Source of the DNA: Octopus vulgaris
Lineage: Eukaryota
DNA length: 64,000 nt
Direction of reading: 5' to 3'
NCBI GenBank assembly: GCA_951406725.2
Contig: OX597819.1
Coordinates: 37,510,001 to 37,574,000, forward strand
Part shown: piece after piece, positions 12,126 to 25,378 of the stretch
Layout: each line of letters starts with the position of its first letter
Numbering within the stretch: position 1 is the stretch's first letter
Notes under the pieces: generated by a model
What the model was told of the DNA's origin: nothing
The model's database searches: none
Seen by the model: the letters and a program-made list of their open reading frames with translations, nothing else
Translations under genes and position numbers: made by a program

Positions 12126-12536
12126 GTCAAATGTAATATAAGGTAAATTATCTCCCTTCGGTTTCTTATAATGTAGACTTTACAACTATTACGCAGCATC
12201 TTCATATCTTAAGATGGGTTATCACATCACTGATCACAAATTGATTTTATGAATCAATTTATTACCAGTGCAGTTTCCTGATTGCATAAACTCTTTTCAA
12301 TTCACTCAACCAAACCCAGAAATTGTTTCATTTTACTGGATACATGATTTGGGGATTGATGAAGGCTCTTAAAGTCAGTGATTCAAAATGGAACTTAGGA
12401 AAGCTTAGTAAGGAAAACAGTAGCACATGAAGACAAAGCATTTTGTTAATTATTTAACTCTAGCATTCAAATGCTTATTTATTCACATAGTTTTGAATGA
12501 ATTGCATGTCTGGTAGCTTCAAAATTTCGATGAATC

Positions 12537-12795
12537 ATCATCATCATTGTTTAACGTCCGCTTTCCATGCTAGCATGGGTTGGACGGTTCGACTGGGGCT
12601 TGGGAAGCCATGGAGGCTGCACCAGGCCCAGTCTTATCTGGCAGTGTTTCTACAGCTGGATGCCCTTCCTAACGCCAACCACTCCGTGAGTGTAGTGGGT
12701 GCTTTTTACATGCCACCGGCACAGAGGCCAGTCAGGGCGGCGCTGGCAACGGCCATATTCGGATGGTTCTTTTATGTGCCACAGGCACTGGTACC
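12537..12795 (-). mobile_element. RTE-tailed SINE 3' fragment with (GAT)n tail
   Basis: catcatcatcattgtttaacgtccgctttccatgctagcatgggttggacg is the reverse complement of the end of 14755-15266. Confidence 0.88.
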
Positions 12796-12947
12796 ACAAC
12801 TAGAATTTCCATTGATTATTTAGCGATTTTGATTCCGATGAATGTGCCTGTTTATTTCTAGTATGACATTGTAATATGTAAGAGGTCAAATCTAGCAGGT
12901 TTGAGCACAAAACAGGTACAATATTTAGGCTGGTTTAATGAAAATTA

Positions 12948-13594
12948 TAGGAGCACTGTATTTCGTTATGCAGCCACAATACATTACAAAGTATATTAAA
13001 TGCTTTATGAACCAATTTTGTGTTAGCAGTGTTACTAAATCACTTGGTAATGTAATCTGTACAGATTTTTTATAGAAATAACAAACAGCACTGATTTGTT
13101 ACGTTTTGTATCCTATAAAGCATTTAAGGATCTTTTCGGTTTGAATGGCAGTTTTTTCTAGCGGTGTCATATAAAATTGTCGCCCATAATTATGACCCTA
13201 GTATCGATCTATTGCATTTCAATGTTTTAGGGTTAGGGGTGTGGGGTAGGGTCTCTTTTTTTCTTCACAAATGTAAATAAACCCAATCTGTTTCTTAAAC
13301 GAGGGACATATTCATACAGCACAGAATATTTTTTTACTTCAATAGACGTCAGTGATTGGTTGAAATTGCAGAAATTGAAGCAAAAAAACAACAAATATCT
13401 TACAAGCTATAGAATTTTCTCAATAAAGCCAAGAGAAAAAGAATGCTTTATAAACACATTCTACCAGTATATGAAGTTTAAAATTTTTTAGTTACCTAGA
13501 AATTATGTTAAAAACTGCCGTTCAAACCGAAAAGATCTGCATTTAACATACTTTGTAGTATATCATGGTTGCATAAATAAATATGGTGTCCCTA
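12948..13594. mobile_element. Old TA-flanked MITE with long TIRs, interrupted by the 13128-13538 MITE
   Basis: The left arm taggagcactgtattt...caaagtatattaaatgcttta is the reverse complement of the rejoined right arm taaagcatttaa/catactttg...aaatatggtgtcccta. Confidence 0.65.
13128..13538. mobile_element. MITE copy 2, inverted relative to copy 1
   Basis: Same TIRs, with the body reverse-complementary to 11714-12125. Perfect TSD gcatttaa at 13120-13127 and 13539-13546. Confidence 0.92.
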
Positions 13595-14754
13595 CAAGTC
13601 ATAAACATGTGCGTACCAGCTTCCAGGAATGTGTTCAATATGTAAAATTGGTATATCCAGGTTACACTGCTATATTTAGTGGCTATTTAAGCAGTGAGGT
13701 TGTAGATGTGGTGCTGGATGAACAAGAACTTGAAACATGGCATATACACCCATTACCCATCTTCAATTGCACTGTTGTTTACATTAAACATATTTGGATA
13801 TGAAGCGTAACAAATCAGTGGTGGCTATAATTTCTATAGAAAATTTGTAGTGATAACCTTAACAAATGGCTAGTTTAAACACTAAAACTTTAATAAGTGA
13901 AAAACTAGAGTACTGCTGTTGTTAAAAGGCCTGATAATAATTCTACAAAAGGTCTGAAATTTTTTTGTAAGGGCTAGTCAATTACATCAACCCCAGTGCT
14001 CGATTGGTACTTATTTTATTGACCTTGAAAAAATGACGGGCAAAGTTGACCACAGCAGTTTTTGAACTCTGAATATAAAACCAAGGGAAAACATGCTAAG
14101 GAATTTGCCAGCTTGTTACCCTAATAATAACTGAAATCACTCTAATTTTTATTTGCTACTGTAGTTATCAAAAAGTTTGGGAAATGAACTAATGATAATT
14201 CTGGAAAACTGACTGATTGAATACAAGCACTTTGCACAAAGAGACATCTTATCCTTTTGTCATCATGTTTTTTTTTTCAGCTGATTTGAATTTTGAAAAT
14301 AATTTTATTAAGTTGGTATTTAGAACTTAAATTAATGTAAAATTTTGTATCATAGAATTGGGGATGGTATCAAAGGAGTTAAAGATTTGAATACTATAAA
14401 GTTCCAAGACTCAAGGATTCTAGGTTGGTGCATTGGCAGGGAAAATGCTTTGCTTTAACTTCCTGAATTTAAAGTTTTCCAGATACCAAATATTTAGGTC
14501 AATATAATCGACTACACACTCTTTTTAGATTTGAAAGAACAAGTAGAATTTGCAATCAAGAGACAACTAGTCAGTTTATGAATCACTGAAAAGATTGTTA
14601 GTGTCACACAATATTCTAGTAAATTAGCAGTTTTTATAGATTATTGTGACTATATTAAAATAAACCTAGCAGTACTTTTGGAACAAGCATTATTTAATTT
14701 CACAGACCTGTCTGTATTACATATTATAGAGAAAAATCTGAGGAAACTAGTAGT

Positions 14755-15266
14755 AGTCTGCTGACTGGCATCTGTGCTAGCGGGGTGCAAAGAGCACCAT
14801 ACGAGTGTGATCGTTGACAGAGCAGCTATTCGAGTATGATCGTTACCAGCATCGCCTTACTAGCACTTATGCCTGTGCTAGTAGGGTGCCAAGAGCACCA
14901 TCCAAGCGTGATCGTTGCCAGAGCAGCCAACTGGCTTCCGTACACGTGGAACGTAAAAGGGCACCATTCGAGCGTGATCGTTACCAACGTTGCTTCACTG
15001 GCACCTCTGCCGGTGGTATGTGTAAAAAGATTCGAGCGAGGTCATTGCCAGTATCGCCTGACTGGCCCCCGTGCCGGTGGCACGTAAAAAGCACCCACTA
15101 CACTCTCGGAGTGGTTGGTGTTAGGAAGGGCATCCAGCTGTAGAAACTCTGCCAGATCAAGATTGGAGCCTGGTGCAGCCATCTGGCTCGCCAGCCCTCA
15201 AGTCAAAATCGTCCAACCCATGCTAGCATGGAAAGCGGATGTTAAACGATGATGATGATGATGATG
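14755..15266 (+). mobile_element. RTE-tailed SINE with internal tandem array and (GAT)n tail
   Basis: Repeated ctgactggc...gtgc...ggcac...aaaagcaccattcgagcgtgatcgtt units, ending cgtccaacccatgctagcatggaaagcggatgttaaacgatgatgat. Confidence 0.88.
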
Positions 15267-18099
15267 AAATTGATGAGTTTGAAGTTTGTATAGCATAGGG
15301 GAAAGTAGAACTTCTATGTTTAGAGAATGAGGCTTCATGTTTTCACTTGAAAAATAACTTTGCTGTTACCAATGGTATATCTGTTAACTTCCCTACCTTT
15401 TTTCTATACAGAACATGTATATGCTGTCAACTAAAACCACACCATGCAGCTGACTCCACTTTTACAGTAGAGGCTTGCTTTGTTCATAGTAACTATCAAA
15501 CTTGCACAATAACCCTGAAACCATAAAATATAGACTTGAGTAAGTAAGTCAACAAGATCAAAACATAGGCACTACAGTTTCACACCACATGGACAACCCT
15601 CAGCTAAAACCACAATACACAGGTTCTTAGTATTTTAACCTCCAATGAATTTTTGCAGCAACCTGCAACATCTTATCCTTAAAACGATGATAGTTACTAT
15701 CAAAGTTAATTTGTTTCATACAACCACACCTTCGTCACAAAAGCCTTAATTTTCTTCTCAGAGACATAATACTTTTATACAAAGCATGAATTAACTTTAT
15801 ACTTAAGCAATACTCATATTTGGGATGATCAATCCATTACAAATATGCACCTTCTCAACTAAAATGATATCAGGCCAACTGCTGCACCCCTACCCCATAA
15901 AAAATTTAAGGATTCAAGGAATTGTTGCACTATTGAACATATTTAACATGAATATCTATATGGCTGTCCAATTTGCCAAATCTCCCTCAAATCACTGAAT
16001 CAACAAAGAAAAAGAAATGACATATTGAATAATGTAATCTTATCCCTTAAATGGCATGATGGTTATAGCTGAAATGTCTAACTAGTCCCACTTGGGTAAG
16101 GCATTTCCAACTCATTATGTAATCACATTAGACTAAATATAACAACACTATTTTACAATCATTAACCTTACCTCTCTTACTGCACAAACACAAAAGAACA
16201 TATTTAAAAAGAGCATCATCAATAACTTCAATGACCATGTTAATCACAGAAATGTGGTTATTTGAACAGAAACCTCAGCCTTTTATCTATTTCTTGTAGT
16301 GTGCCTGCTGCCCCATTAAGTCTTACAGCAACATTATCTTTGGTTGCCACTGGAGATCAAGAGAGGAGCCAAGCTGGACTTCAGTTTCTTGAGAGACATA
16401 AGAGAATGCTTGATTAATTCATATTCTTAATTGGACTAGGTATAATGGTATCACCTGACTGCAAGTTGACTTCAATACTCTATTGCTAGTTTATCTTTAG
16501 CACAACCATTGCTGTGTTTTAAGTTCACTTTACAACAATCTGGTTTCAGGTTCAGTCTCACCACAAAGCAACTTGTGTTTCATATTAAAGCCCCAGTTAT
16601 ATGAAAGAATCTGGTAGACAGAAAATGCAAGAAACTTATAAAAGTGTGTGTGCATATGCCTATACATCAATGTTTAGATATTTCATGCTCTTATATCTCC
16701 ACCCAATGGATGTTAAACTTTACTCTTGGAAACTGCAAGGTAGATATCAAATGGTAGAAATCTTGTCTTGTAATTCAGACAGCTCAAGTGTCAATTTCAG
16801 AACACAAGATATTACTAGAGATTATACAAGAAGTTCCTTAATGCCAAGTGGATTGCACCAAAATTCTGTCCAGGGCAAGAATTTAGAAGCTATGTTACAT
16901 TCATACAAATAACATTTCCACCTTACTGGGGTTACAGAAACAATATTCAAGTCCAAAGAAAAAATTGTTGATCCATATATCTTGTCCCTAGAATGCTACT
17001 GCATTTTACCAACTTTACAAGTAATTTCATATTCTAATACCATTATAATGATGGATGACAACACTTTGCATAACTGCTTTATAATATCTGTACTTGGATG
17101 TTAACCAACCAACAAATGATATGCAATGATTCTCTACTCACCACTTTGATCCTTGTAAAGTTGCTTTGACCCTTAAGAGGCCACAAGTACATAAAATCAT
17201 TAAGTTCAACACCTAACTGCTATTCTGTTTCAGTGAAAGAATTTTCCACTTTTTAAATCATCTGAATATTGTTCTTTTGATAAACTTAAGATCCTTAACT
17301 TTAAATTCAATTTTTCACAAATATTCCAACATGCTGACAGTGATAATATTTCACATAAAATATTAGTTTTATTAAACTAGCCTGGGTTAACTGGTTCAGA
17401 AATACAATAACTTTCCGTGCAATTATCCTCCTTCCTTCACACTGCCAACTACTATGCTAGAATAAATAAAATGTTTCTATTGTAATATCAGTAACATTCA
17501 TCACTTTCTTCATAACTTAAATGTAAGCTATAAAATTGACATCCTCAACACAGTAGCAGATGTGGCTCAGTAGTTTGGTTTCAGTCTCATTGCACAGCAT
17601 TTTGGATAAATGTCTCCAAATCTATTCCAAGGCTAAGGGGAAATGCCAATAGCATTACAACTGATTGAACTGGGGTAAGAACACAATATACAACCTGGTC
17701 CAGGAATCAAACTCCTAACCTCATCAAACATGATGCTCTAACTATTGAGCCATGTGCCTTCTCATATATATATATGTTAGTTAGTTAGTTAATTTTTTTG
17801 GCTCAAAAAGCAAGGCCATGTAGGGGGACATGGAGTTATGTACAGGGTGGTGTTCATGTAAATAGTTCAGGCCACTTGAGGTCAAGGGAGACTAAACGTT
17901 TATTGACAATTCTGTCAACAAATTGTCCTCTAGCTCTGCACTACTGAAGATGAATGGAATGAAAAATCCATTATTTGAAAAACATGTAAAGGTTAGTAAC
18001 AAAGGGAATCTGGCTATAAAGAGAATGCCTCAATAATATGCATTCATTTCTTATCCATAAAATGGATAAGAAACAAATGACTGAATAAACAGCCACACT

Positions 18100-18699
18100 T
18101 ATTTACAATGAACTTCTTAAGAAAAATATAGAAGAGTTTCTACTTTAACCTCTATTTTGGAATAACTGTAACAAGAGGAAATAAAAATGTTAACTTCTTG
18201 GGGAGGCTTGACAAATACAAAGGAATCCTTTGACAAATATTGTAAACACTGAAAATGAAAAACCTCAGAAGATTCCAGGACAGACGCAGCACTAGTGAAG
18301 ATAAACAGTTTTATTCCGTTTTGGGTAGATCTCTGTAAAATATGATTATTGTAACTACAAACATTTTTAAATGTATATGCATATATAACTGTTTTATATA
18401 TACATACACACATCAAAAACATCTTTTTATAATTTTGTTTTTGTGTTTTTTGGGTATTTTTTTTTTTCTTTTTTAGGTTTTAGTGTCATAAATTCAGCAA
18501 TTCTATACTTCAATCATGTGAATTCCACTTTTTTCTTTTTCATTAAGTAGAGATCACAGTTTGCATTTTACACTCACTGCCTAAATGTAAATAGACATGC
18601 ATATTTCAGAGTCTGCAGTCTTTTTACATCATGGTTGGATGAAATCAGATTTTTTTTTTTTTTAATAAAATTTTCTTTAAAGCATATTTCCCAATCATG

Positions 18700-18736
<37 letters not shown>

Positions 18737-21700
18737 GTGTATGTGTGTGTTTGAATTTTGTGTACAGTTAAGTACAGAAGCTATGAAACCATGTGGAATG
18801 TTCGTAGGAATTCTGCATGAGAAAAACAATAACAGAAACTAGTATCTCCATCCTAGGCTAAATGCAAGCATTTGTTTGTATTTGTTTTTATATATATTTT
18901 TTTATGGGGTGGGGCTTTAAATTTTTTTTTTTTTTAACAGAATCTTTCACCACAAAAAAAAAAAAATTAGAGGGAAAAGTTACTGTACACATTTTTAATA
19001 AGTGTGCCGGTGGCCTGCATGCTATTATTAGTACAACTGACAGCCTACCACAACAATAATCACAAGGAAACTGCGATCAAAACTTATAGCACCCCCATTA
19101 TTATCTAACTACCATAAAATTTATTAAGCTACCTAAATAAATAACTGATTACTAATAAAGACGCACTTTTAAAAGTATACTTAATATATAATTCTGTTTT
19201 GGTAAGAACACAACTACACTCATGATATTTGTGTAGGAATTAGTAACAGCAATAACTTGGATATTAAGGTTAAACTTTTTCACACAAAAAGAATGGATGA
19301 GCATTTTAATATAGATTTTATCTTGAAATTTAAGAATCCAAATTATTAATCTCATAGGTATAAAATGGACTCTTTTCCAACAACTTGTATTAAAATTATG
19401 CTTTATCATCAAAACAAAAAATGATGAACCAATGAAAAGCTCTGCTGTAATAGTGCAGATAATTATTTCTATATATTACCAGCAAAAATAACTGTTTATT
19501 TCATTGCTTAATTATATTAGTATCCAGTAAGATAGATATGCTTACATTCATATCATAATCTAATTTTGTGCTTGATAACAGAAAATACAGAGGCTTTTTA
19601 TCCCAGAAAATTTTCAATTTTTATTGATACTGATTCTTTTTATTTTTTAGAAATAAAAATCTAAAATAAAAAAATGGAATAAAGACAGAAAATTTCCAAC
19701 TGGGATGTTAACTTTAATGGTCAGCATAATCACTTGCTGCTGTTCTAATGGTCACATTATCAGTTATTGTGCAGCAGTGATGCTGGACACGGTTTTCCTT
19801 GACCAAGCCAGGGAGTGTGTCATGTCACATGTCATTACCAGAGATACTGGCTACAGCTACTAGTTCTGGGAGCTGGCCTCATATTAAGAAAAGTTTATTT
19901 CTTAAGTCTCATACCCTGAGAGAAGCTAGTTTTAATACTGAAAAAATTAGTAGACAAACATGAACAGAGAGAATTACAAAATACAAGATGATAGGGAGGA
20001 GATACAGTGGCTAGCATGTAATAAAAGAGTTGGAAAAGAGGGGCAACGAAACAAAGGCTCTTGGTTTAAATACATCAATGAAAGCTGATTAAAAATAAAA
20101 GTTATGAAACAACTTTACCTTTAATGTACAAATAACTAGTAAGGCCTTTGGCACAGAGTTATTAGATGAAATAATTCAAACAAACACATATATGTATGTA
20201 CACTCAACTAAACAGCACAAGTACAAAGGGTACTTTACAAGAAAAAAAAAATACACACTTGAAAACCAAGATAGAATTTCATGAAGAATTCATGCACACA
20301 TGCCCTTATGTGCATTCAGTGAATCTGAAATTTAATTCTGATTCCTTTCCAACTAGTTTCTCTAAAATGACATATCAAAATCAAAACTAAAAATACCAAA
20401 TAAGAGCACCTATAAAAGGCAAAAAAAAGTAAAAATAAATATCAACAGTTTTGAAGGAAGGCAGACATCTAGGCAAATAAAAGCAGTGGAGAAGATAAAC
20501 AAAGAGTCGGTAATGCTTGAGCAAGTTGTTAATACAACTGTTTTTTCAAGATTAACGCCACTCATTAGAATGATTGCTGTTACAATTCATTTCCATGGTA
20601 CCAATGCAATATTTTGCAGGCTGCTTCTTCATTTCTGCTACTCTTCTGCCCAATCACTTTCTTCATCAATAAGATAATTAACGAAAGTTTTTTTTCTTTT
20701 TTTTTTGTTTTAATGTTGGTGTGTGAGTCATGTGTATATTAAACAAGATTTGAACCAATGTAAACACAGCAGTTTTCCACATTACTCTGACTGTGATAGG
20801 GATGTATGTAGCAGCTGCAAATTTTGACATGAAAAGGTTAAAATTGTGACAAAAGTTTCACTAAGCTTTCCATGTAGGTTGTAAATGCTTTACCAAATCT
20901 TCATAATTGTCAGTCTTCCTAGGTAAGTGAGAATTGCCAATTCTAAGAATCAGGTCTATTAACAAGCAAAAATTATTTTGATACATGTATGTAAAAAAAA
21001 AAAAAAAAAAGAACTGTAACAATAATGGCAACTTAGAAATACATCCACAGTTTACTTTTCTTTCTTCTTCAATTGGCTTTCTTATTCAATTTAGAGATAT
21101 TTGTTTTGGGAAGGAAGGGAGTTGGTGACCAAATTGATGAAAATTAGAATCTAAAACCTAATTCGAGGCTGAAGCATTCCAATCACAAATGATAAATTTA
21201 CATGATTCTTAAAAAGTATAATACATTTTTCCCTTTTTATTTCATGTTTCAAATTCAAAGAAAAATACTAATTTTTTCATTTAACACTTTTTGAGATTGG
21301 AGAAAGAATTTAAAATGTTAACATTTCATAATTTTCAAAAATCTTACAGAAGTACTTTTTCTCTCATTACATACACTATCCTCCCCATATGTTATTACAG
21401 GAAGAGGAGGAAGCCTTACAGATTCCCAAAAAATAATAAAAGCATAAAAAAAAAAGACAATCCTCCAAGCTGATTAGTAAATCCTAATTATTCAAAGAGG
21501 ATACAGTGTATAAAATTAAAAGTGTCTGACAGTGAAGAAGAGGATCAAGAACATCATTTTTCTTATTGAAACCAGCTTATATATAATTTGGAGAAAAGGA
21601 GTAGAAGGAGATAAGAACAAAGACAAAATGAGCAAGTAAAACATGACATGTGTATCTGTTCTCTTCCTTGATTGTATGTCTAAACAAGCTCTCTCAGTAG

Positions 21701-23986
21701 AATGCCTCTTTCTACAGCTCATTTCATCCCCTGATTTTATTTTTAAATTTACATTTTTTTCTAATGATATCAATTAAAATAAAAAGTTTTTCTACATCAT
21801 TTTTCACTTGTACACATCTATGGAGATCTGCGTCAGTGACCACCAAAATTGCCAGTATTAGTGGTAAATTGTAGTAGAGTAATAACAGTGGTATAATAAT
21901 TGGTAAGAGAAATGATAATAGCAGTCTTAACAATAGTAATGTTTGTAGCTGTAAGAATCATAGCAGTAGTCATGTGACAGGAAGTGGTTGGTAGGTGTTG
22001 GTACATGAATTTCTATAAAACCATCATTCAATCTTCTCAGTACAGCTCATTAATCACTACAGAAGCTCTAGAAAAGGGAAAACAAAAAAGAGAAAAAAAG
22101 GAACAAGTGATCAGACAAACTAACAAAGATGGAATAACAACAAAATAACTGATAAAGAATATTAGAGTAGAAGAGAGAAATCACAATTAGTATTATTTCA
22201 CTGAGGAATGTCAACAACAAAGAGAGGATAAACAGTGTTATTTCAGGATGGAGCAGCAAAAGCAACTTGATTTTTATTGAGAGATCTTCTCAAACAAATA
22301 CACACAAACGGACATCAATTGAAAGCTACCAAAAAACAAACATTATATTGTCCTCCAAAAATAACTTGTTAGTAACGACAAGCTTCAAGTGTTTATCTCC
22401 CCTTGCTAATAATAGTCTTTTGATTTATTTGGCTGGAATCTAGAAAACTGAAATGAATTTATTCTCAGGCATTATTTAAACTTCTAAAAATAAGGCTTAC
22501 AACACTTAAGGGTTATGAAAGATTGATCTTGAAAGACTAAAACGTAGGAGTAAATCAAAATTAGGAACATGCACACTAGCTTTGTAAGAATGTGTTGAAC
22601 AACAGAGGTTTCCACCTAAGAGAACAGAAAAATATGAAGGTAAACATATGTATTTAACATTTGTTAACCAAGAAAATGCTTTTTAATGCAGTAAACACTG
22701 CTATAATCATATCAAGGTATATGGTTCACTGTACCTAATCTCCCCATATATATGTAGAAAGGATATTCAATGCATCTTTCTTTGAAATTCCTCCAGCACT
22801 TGGGTTTTCAGTAATTTCAAATTGTAAGAACTTGAACAATTGACTATTTACCATTTTGGGTGCTGATGATGTATTTCCTATTGTGCAATGCAAGGAAAAT
22901 TGGAGAAGCTTCAAACTATGATTGGTAGATGAGGGATATTAAAATAAGGATTTAGAAAAAAAAAAAAAAAATGGCGAAGAACAAATTGGCTAATCTAAAG
23001 CTGAAAATAACATAGAAACTAGAAAAGGAAGACTGTAAAAGAAAGATATTCACTTCCTAAATAAAACAGATAATTTTAAACCAATATATACAATGTTAAA
23101 ATCTTTGAACAAAAAAATATCATAGAAAATAGTTAAGATATGTTTTTTATTTAAAGTAAATAAAATTATTCTATTTTTTTTTTTACTGATCTTTAAATAT
23201 TTTCAGTTGGAGCATTATAAATGCTTTTTATTTTTTTGCTTTTTTCCTTTTTTTTTTAACCATTGTAGGTTTTAATGAAATAGTTAAACAGAAAATACAT
23301 ATACAATCAGATATGAAACATCAACATTCCAATATTTAATAAGATAACCCTTTGATTAGGTATATATTTTAGCAACAACTTTATATAAAATCAAGTAAGT
23401 AATCAAGTAAGAAATGTAGCAATTTATTATTCTAAGAAAATAACAATAAATTAGATAATTAACATTGTAACGATGCTGAAATGTTCTACTTTAAAAGCAT
23501 CACCAATCTAATCTGTTACAGAAGGAAAACAATGGTCTTCTGTTATTAAAAAAAAAATGAAGAGCTGGGAACAAATACTGTTCGTTAAAATATGGAAGAG
23601 GAACTGAAATTTTGTGCATCAATACCAGCATAAATACTGATCTACTTAGGCCTTAAATAAGAGCATATTGATGTCATTTGTTTTCACTCATAAGAAAGCA
23701 ATTTTACAGCCAGGGTTCTAAACATACAAGGAGATGTGTAAGACAATTAGCTTGAAATTAAAAATACAGGTTTCAAGTTATCTCATTCATTTGTAAGTGA
23801 AGGAAAATTAAATCAGTTCATTACTTTTTGCTCCATTATATAAGGCTAAGATTGAACTGAAGTCAATGAAAGTGAAGAATTTGCAAGAAAAGAAAGCAAG
23901 AGGATTATGGCCAAAATTAACCAAGTGTTTTAGATTAGAGTGCTGCTTGTTGAGAAGGTCCAACCTTGAAAGGAGGCAGCCTCTAT
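18100..23986 (-). other. Probable very long 3' UTR region of the PPM1 gene
   Basis: About 6 kb with no recognisable SINE in an otherwise SINE-dense window, U-rich on the minus strand, with minus-strand AATAAA at 18310-18315. Confidence 0.55.
22848..22877 (-). CDS. Candidate alternative terminal coding exon of PPM1 (EIHHQHPKW*)
   Basis: Minus strand ttctccaattttccttgcattgcacaatag|GAAATACATCATCAGCACCCAAAATGGTAA, phase 0 matching the donor at 25324. Confidence 0.35.
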   Translation of the reverse strand, partial: EIHHQHPKW

Positions 23987-24040
23987 TTAGAGCAGGCTGG
24001 ATGGTCTGCCCATTGGTGAGTAGGCTTTAAGTTCGAGCTC
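23987..24040 (-). CDS. Candidate terminal coding exon of PPM1 (ELELKAYSPMGRPSSLL*)
   Basis: Minus strand tgtttttgatttgcag|GAGCTCGAA...CTGCTCTAA, phase 0, a locally GC-richer patch next to very AT-rich DNA. Confidence 0.5.
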   Translation of the reverse strand, partial: ELELKAYSPMGRPSSLL

Positions 24041-24282
24041 CTGCAAATCAAAAACAGTCCCTCATAAAATATTATTTAAAAGGAGTTAGAAGTAGAAAAT
24101 ATAATTTAAATTTAGATAAAACTGAACATGAACCAAAATAGCTTTCATTAAAAACAATCTATTACAAAAGAAGACAAATATTACAGGGCGTAATATTTTG
24201 AAACAAAAATGGTTAGCATCCCCATTTAATGGCCAAATAGTGGCGCATTTGTCTTTTTTGTTTGTATCACCTAGGTGAATCA

Positions 24283-24476
24283 TTTATATATATGTACATA
24301 ATATTTATATAATATATATACATATATATACATAACATATACATATATAGTGTATACATAATATATATATTATATATATATAAAATCACTATATATTATA
24401 TATATCTTATTTATATTAACATATATATTATATTATTTTATATATATTATAGTAATATTATTTTATATTATATTAA
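24283..24476. repeat. AT-rich low-complexity (TA)n-derived tract
   Basis: Degenerate atatat repeats with almost no G or C. Confidence 0.9.
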
Positions 24477-25323
24477 TTGGAAGACTAAGGTAAAATTTTT
24501 GATACTATAGCATACTTAGATATATTATCGTAAAATTATAAACCTGCATTTCATTTCTATGAGTTAAATACTAAAGCATCTTTGCTACTTCCTACAATTT
24601 AACAGAAGTAATAAAATTGCTAGCAATTTTTAATCACCAAAATATTTACATATAACTTTAAACAGTATTAATTTATTCAATTATATAATAATTTCTGTTC
24701 AACATTTCCTTCCTTAGCTGTTTCAATGCTTAATTTCAATTTTCTAAGCTTTGTTTCTCTTAATTGCCACCCACAACTACCTCTAACCTTTCCTGACCTT
24801 CCAGCTAATATGTATCTTTCCTACCTGTCCATACCAATTTCAGTTTTGAAAACAGTATCCGAAGGCATTAATTCAGGTAATATACACATTCAATGCTAGC
24901 CTTCCTTTATAATGCAGCTAAGCAGAAACCTGCACCAAACTGCAACTTACAATCAATCAAGCCCAATGGCTTGACAAATGCTTCTACACATATGGACAAA
25001 TCTGATGTGATGCATATTTGTATATTATAAGTATACTGCCTCTAATGCTTTCATTTAACACAAACAGCATGAAGCAAGAAGTATTGAAAAGCTTTTCTAT
25101 TTTATAAGGTATTCCATTATGTTTTAAGAATCATAAGACTTATATCTGCTTTATTTTTCATTATTCACTGACTGCTTTTTTAACTATTTGCATTTTAGCT
25201 ATCTTCAGTTTACCTATATGCTAAGTATGAAGCTGACAAGCAAGTGTTTGTGTTAGTTATTTCTCCAGTCCTCTGCAGTAATAAGAAATTATTTTTATAC
25301 TTGTGCAATTATATAATACTTAC

Positions 25324-25378
25324 ATCCTCAATTTTTCCCGGTCTGAGTCGCTTTAAAATACTTCCAACTGTCATTCTC
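25324..25378 (-). CDS. PPM1A: PP2C phosphatase PPM1A/B-like, C-terminal domain exon
   Basis: tttctcaag acceptor and gtaagt donor. The 55 nt complete K and read RMTVGSILKRLRPGKIED, matching the helix after PPGG.L.SK in PPM1A/B. Absent from the ORF track. Confidence 0.85.

Noticed and set aside
16114-16123. ATTATGTAAT, an exact PAR-bZIP D-box match (possible autoregulation)
   Set aside because: A single AT-rich 10-mer among decayed repeats, 13 kb downstream, and plausible by chance in 64 kb of AT-rich DNA.
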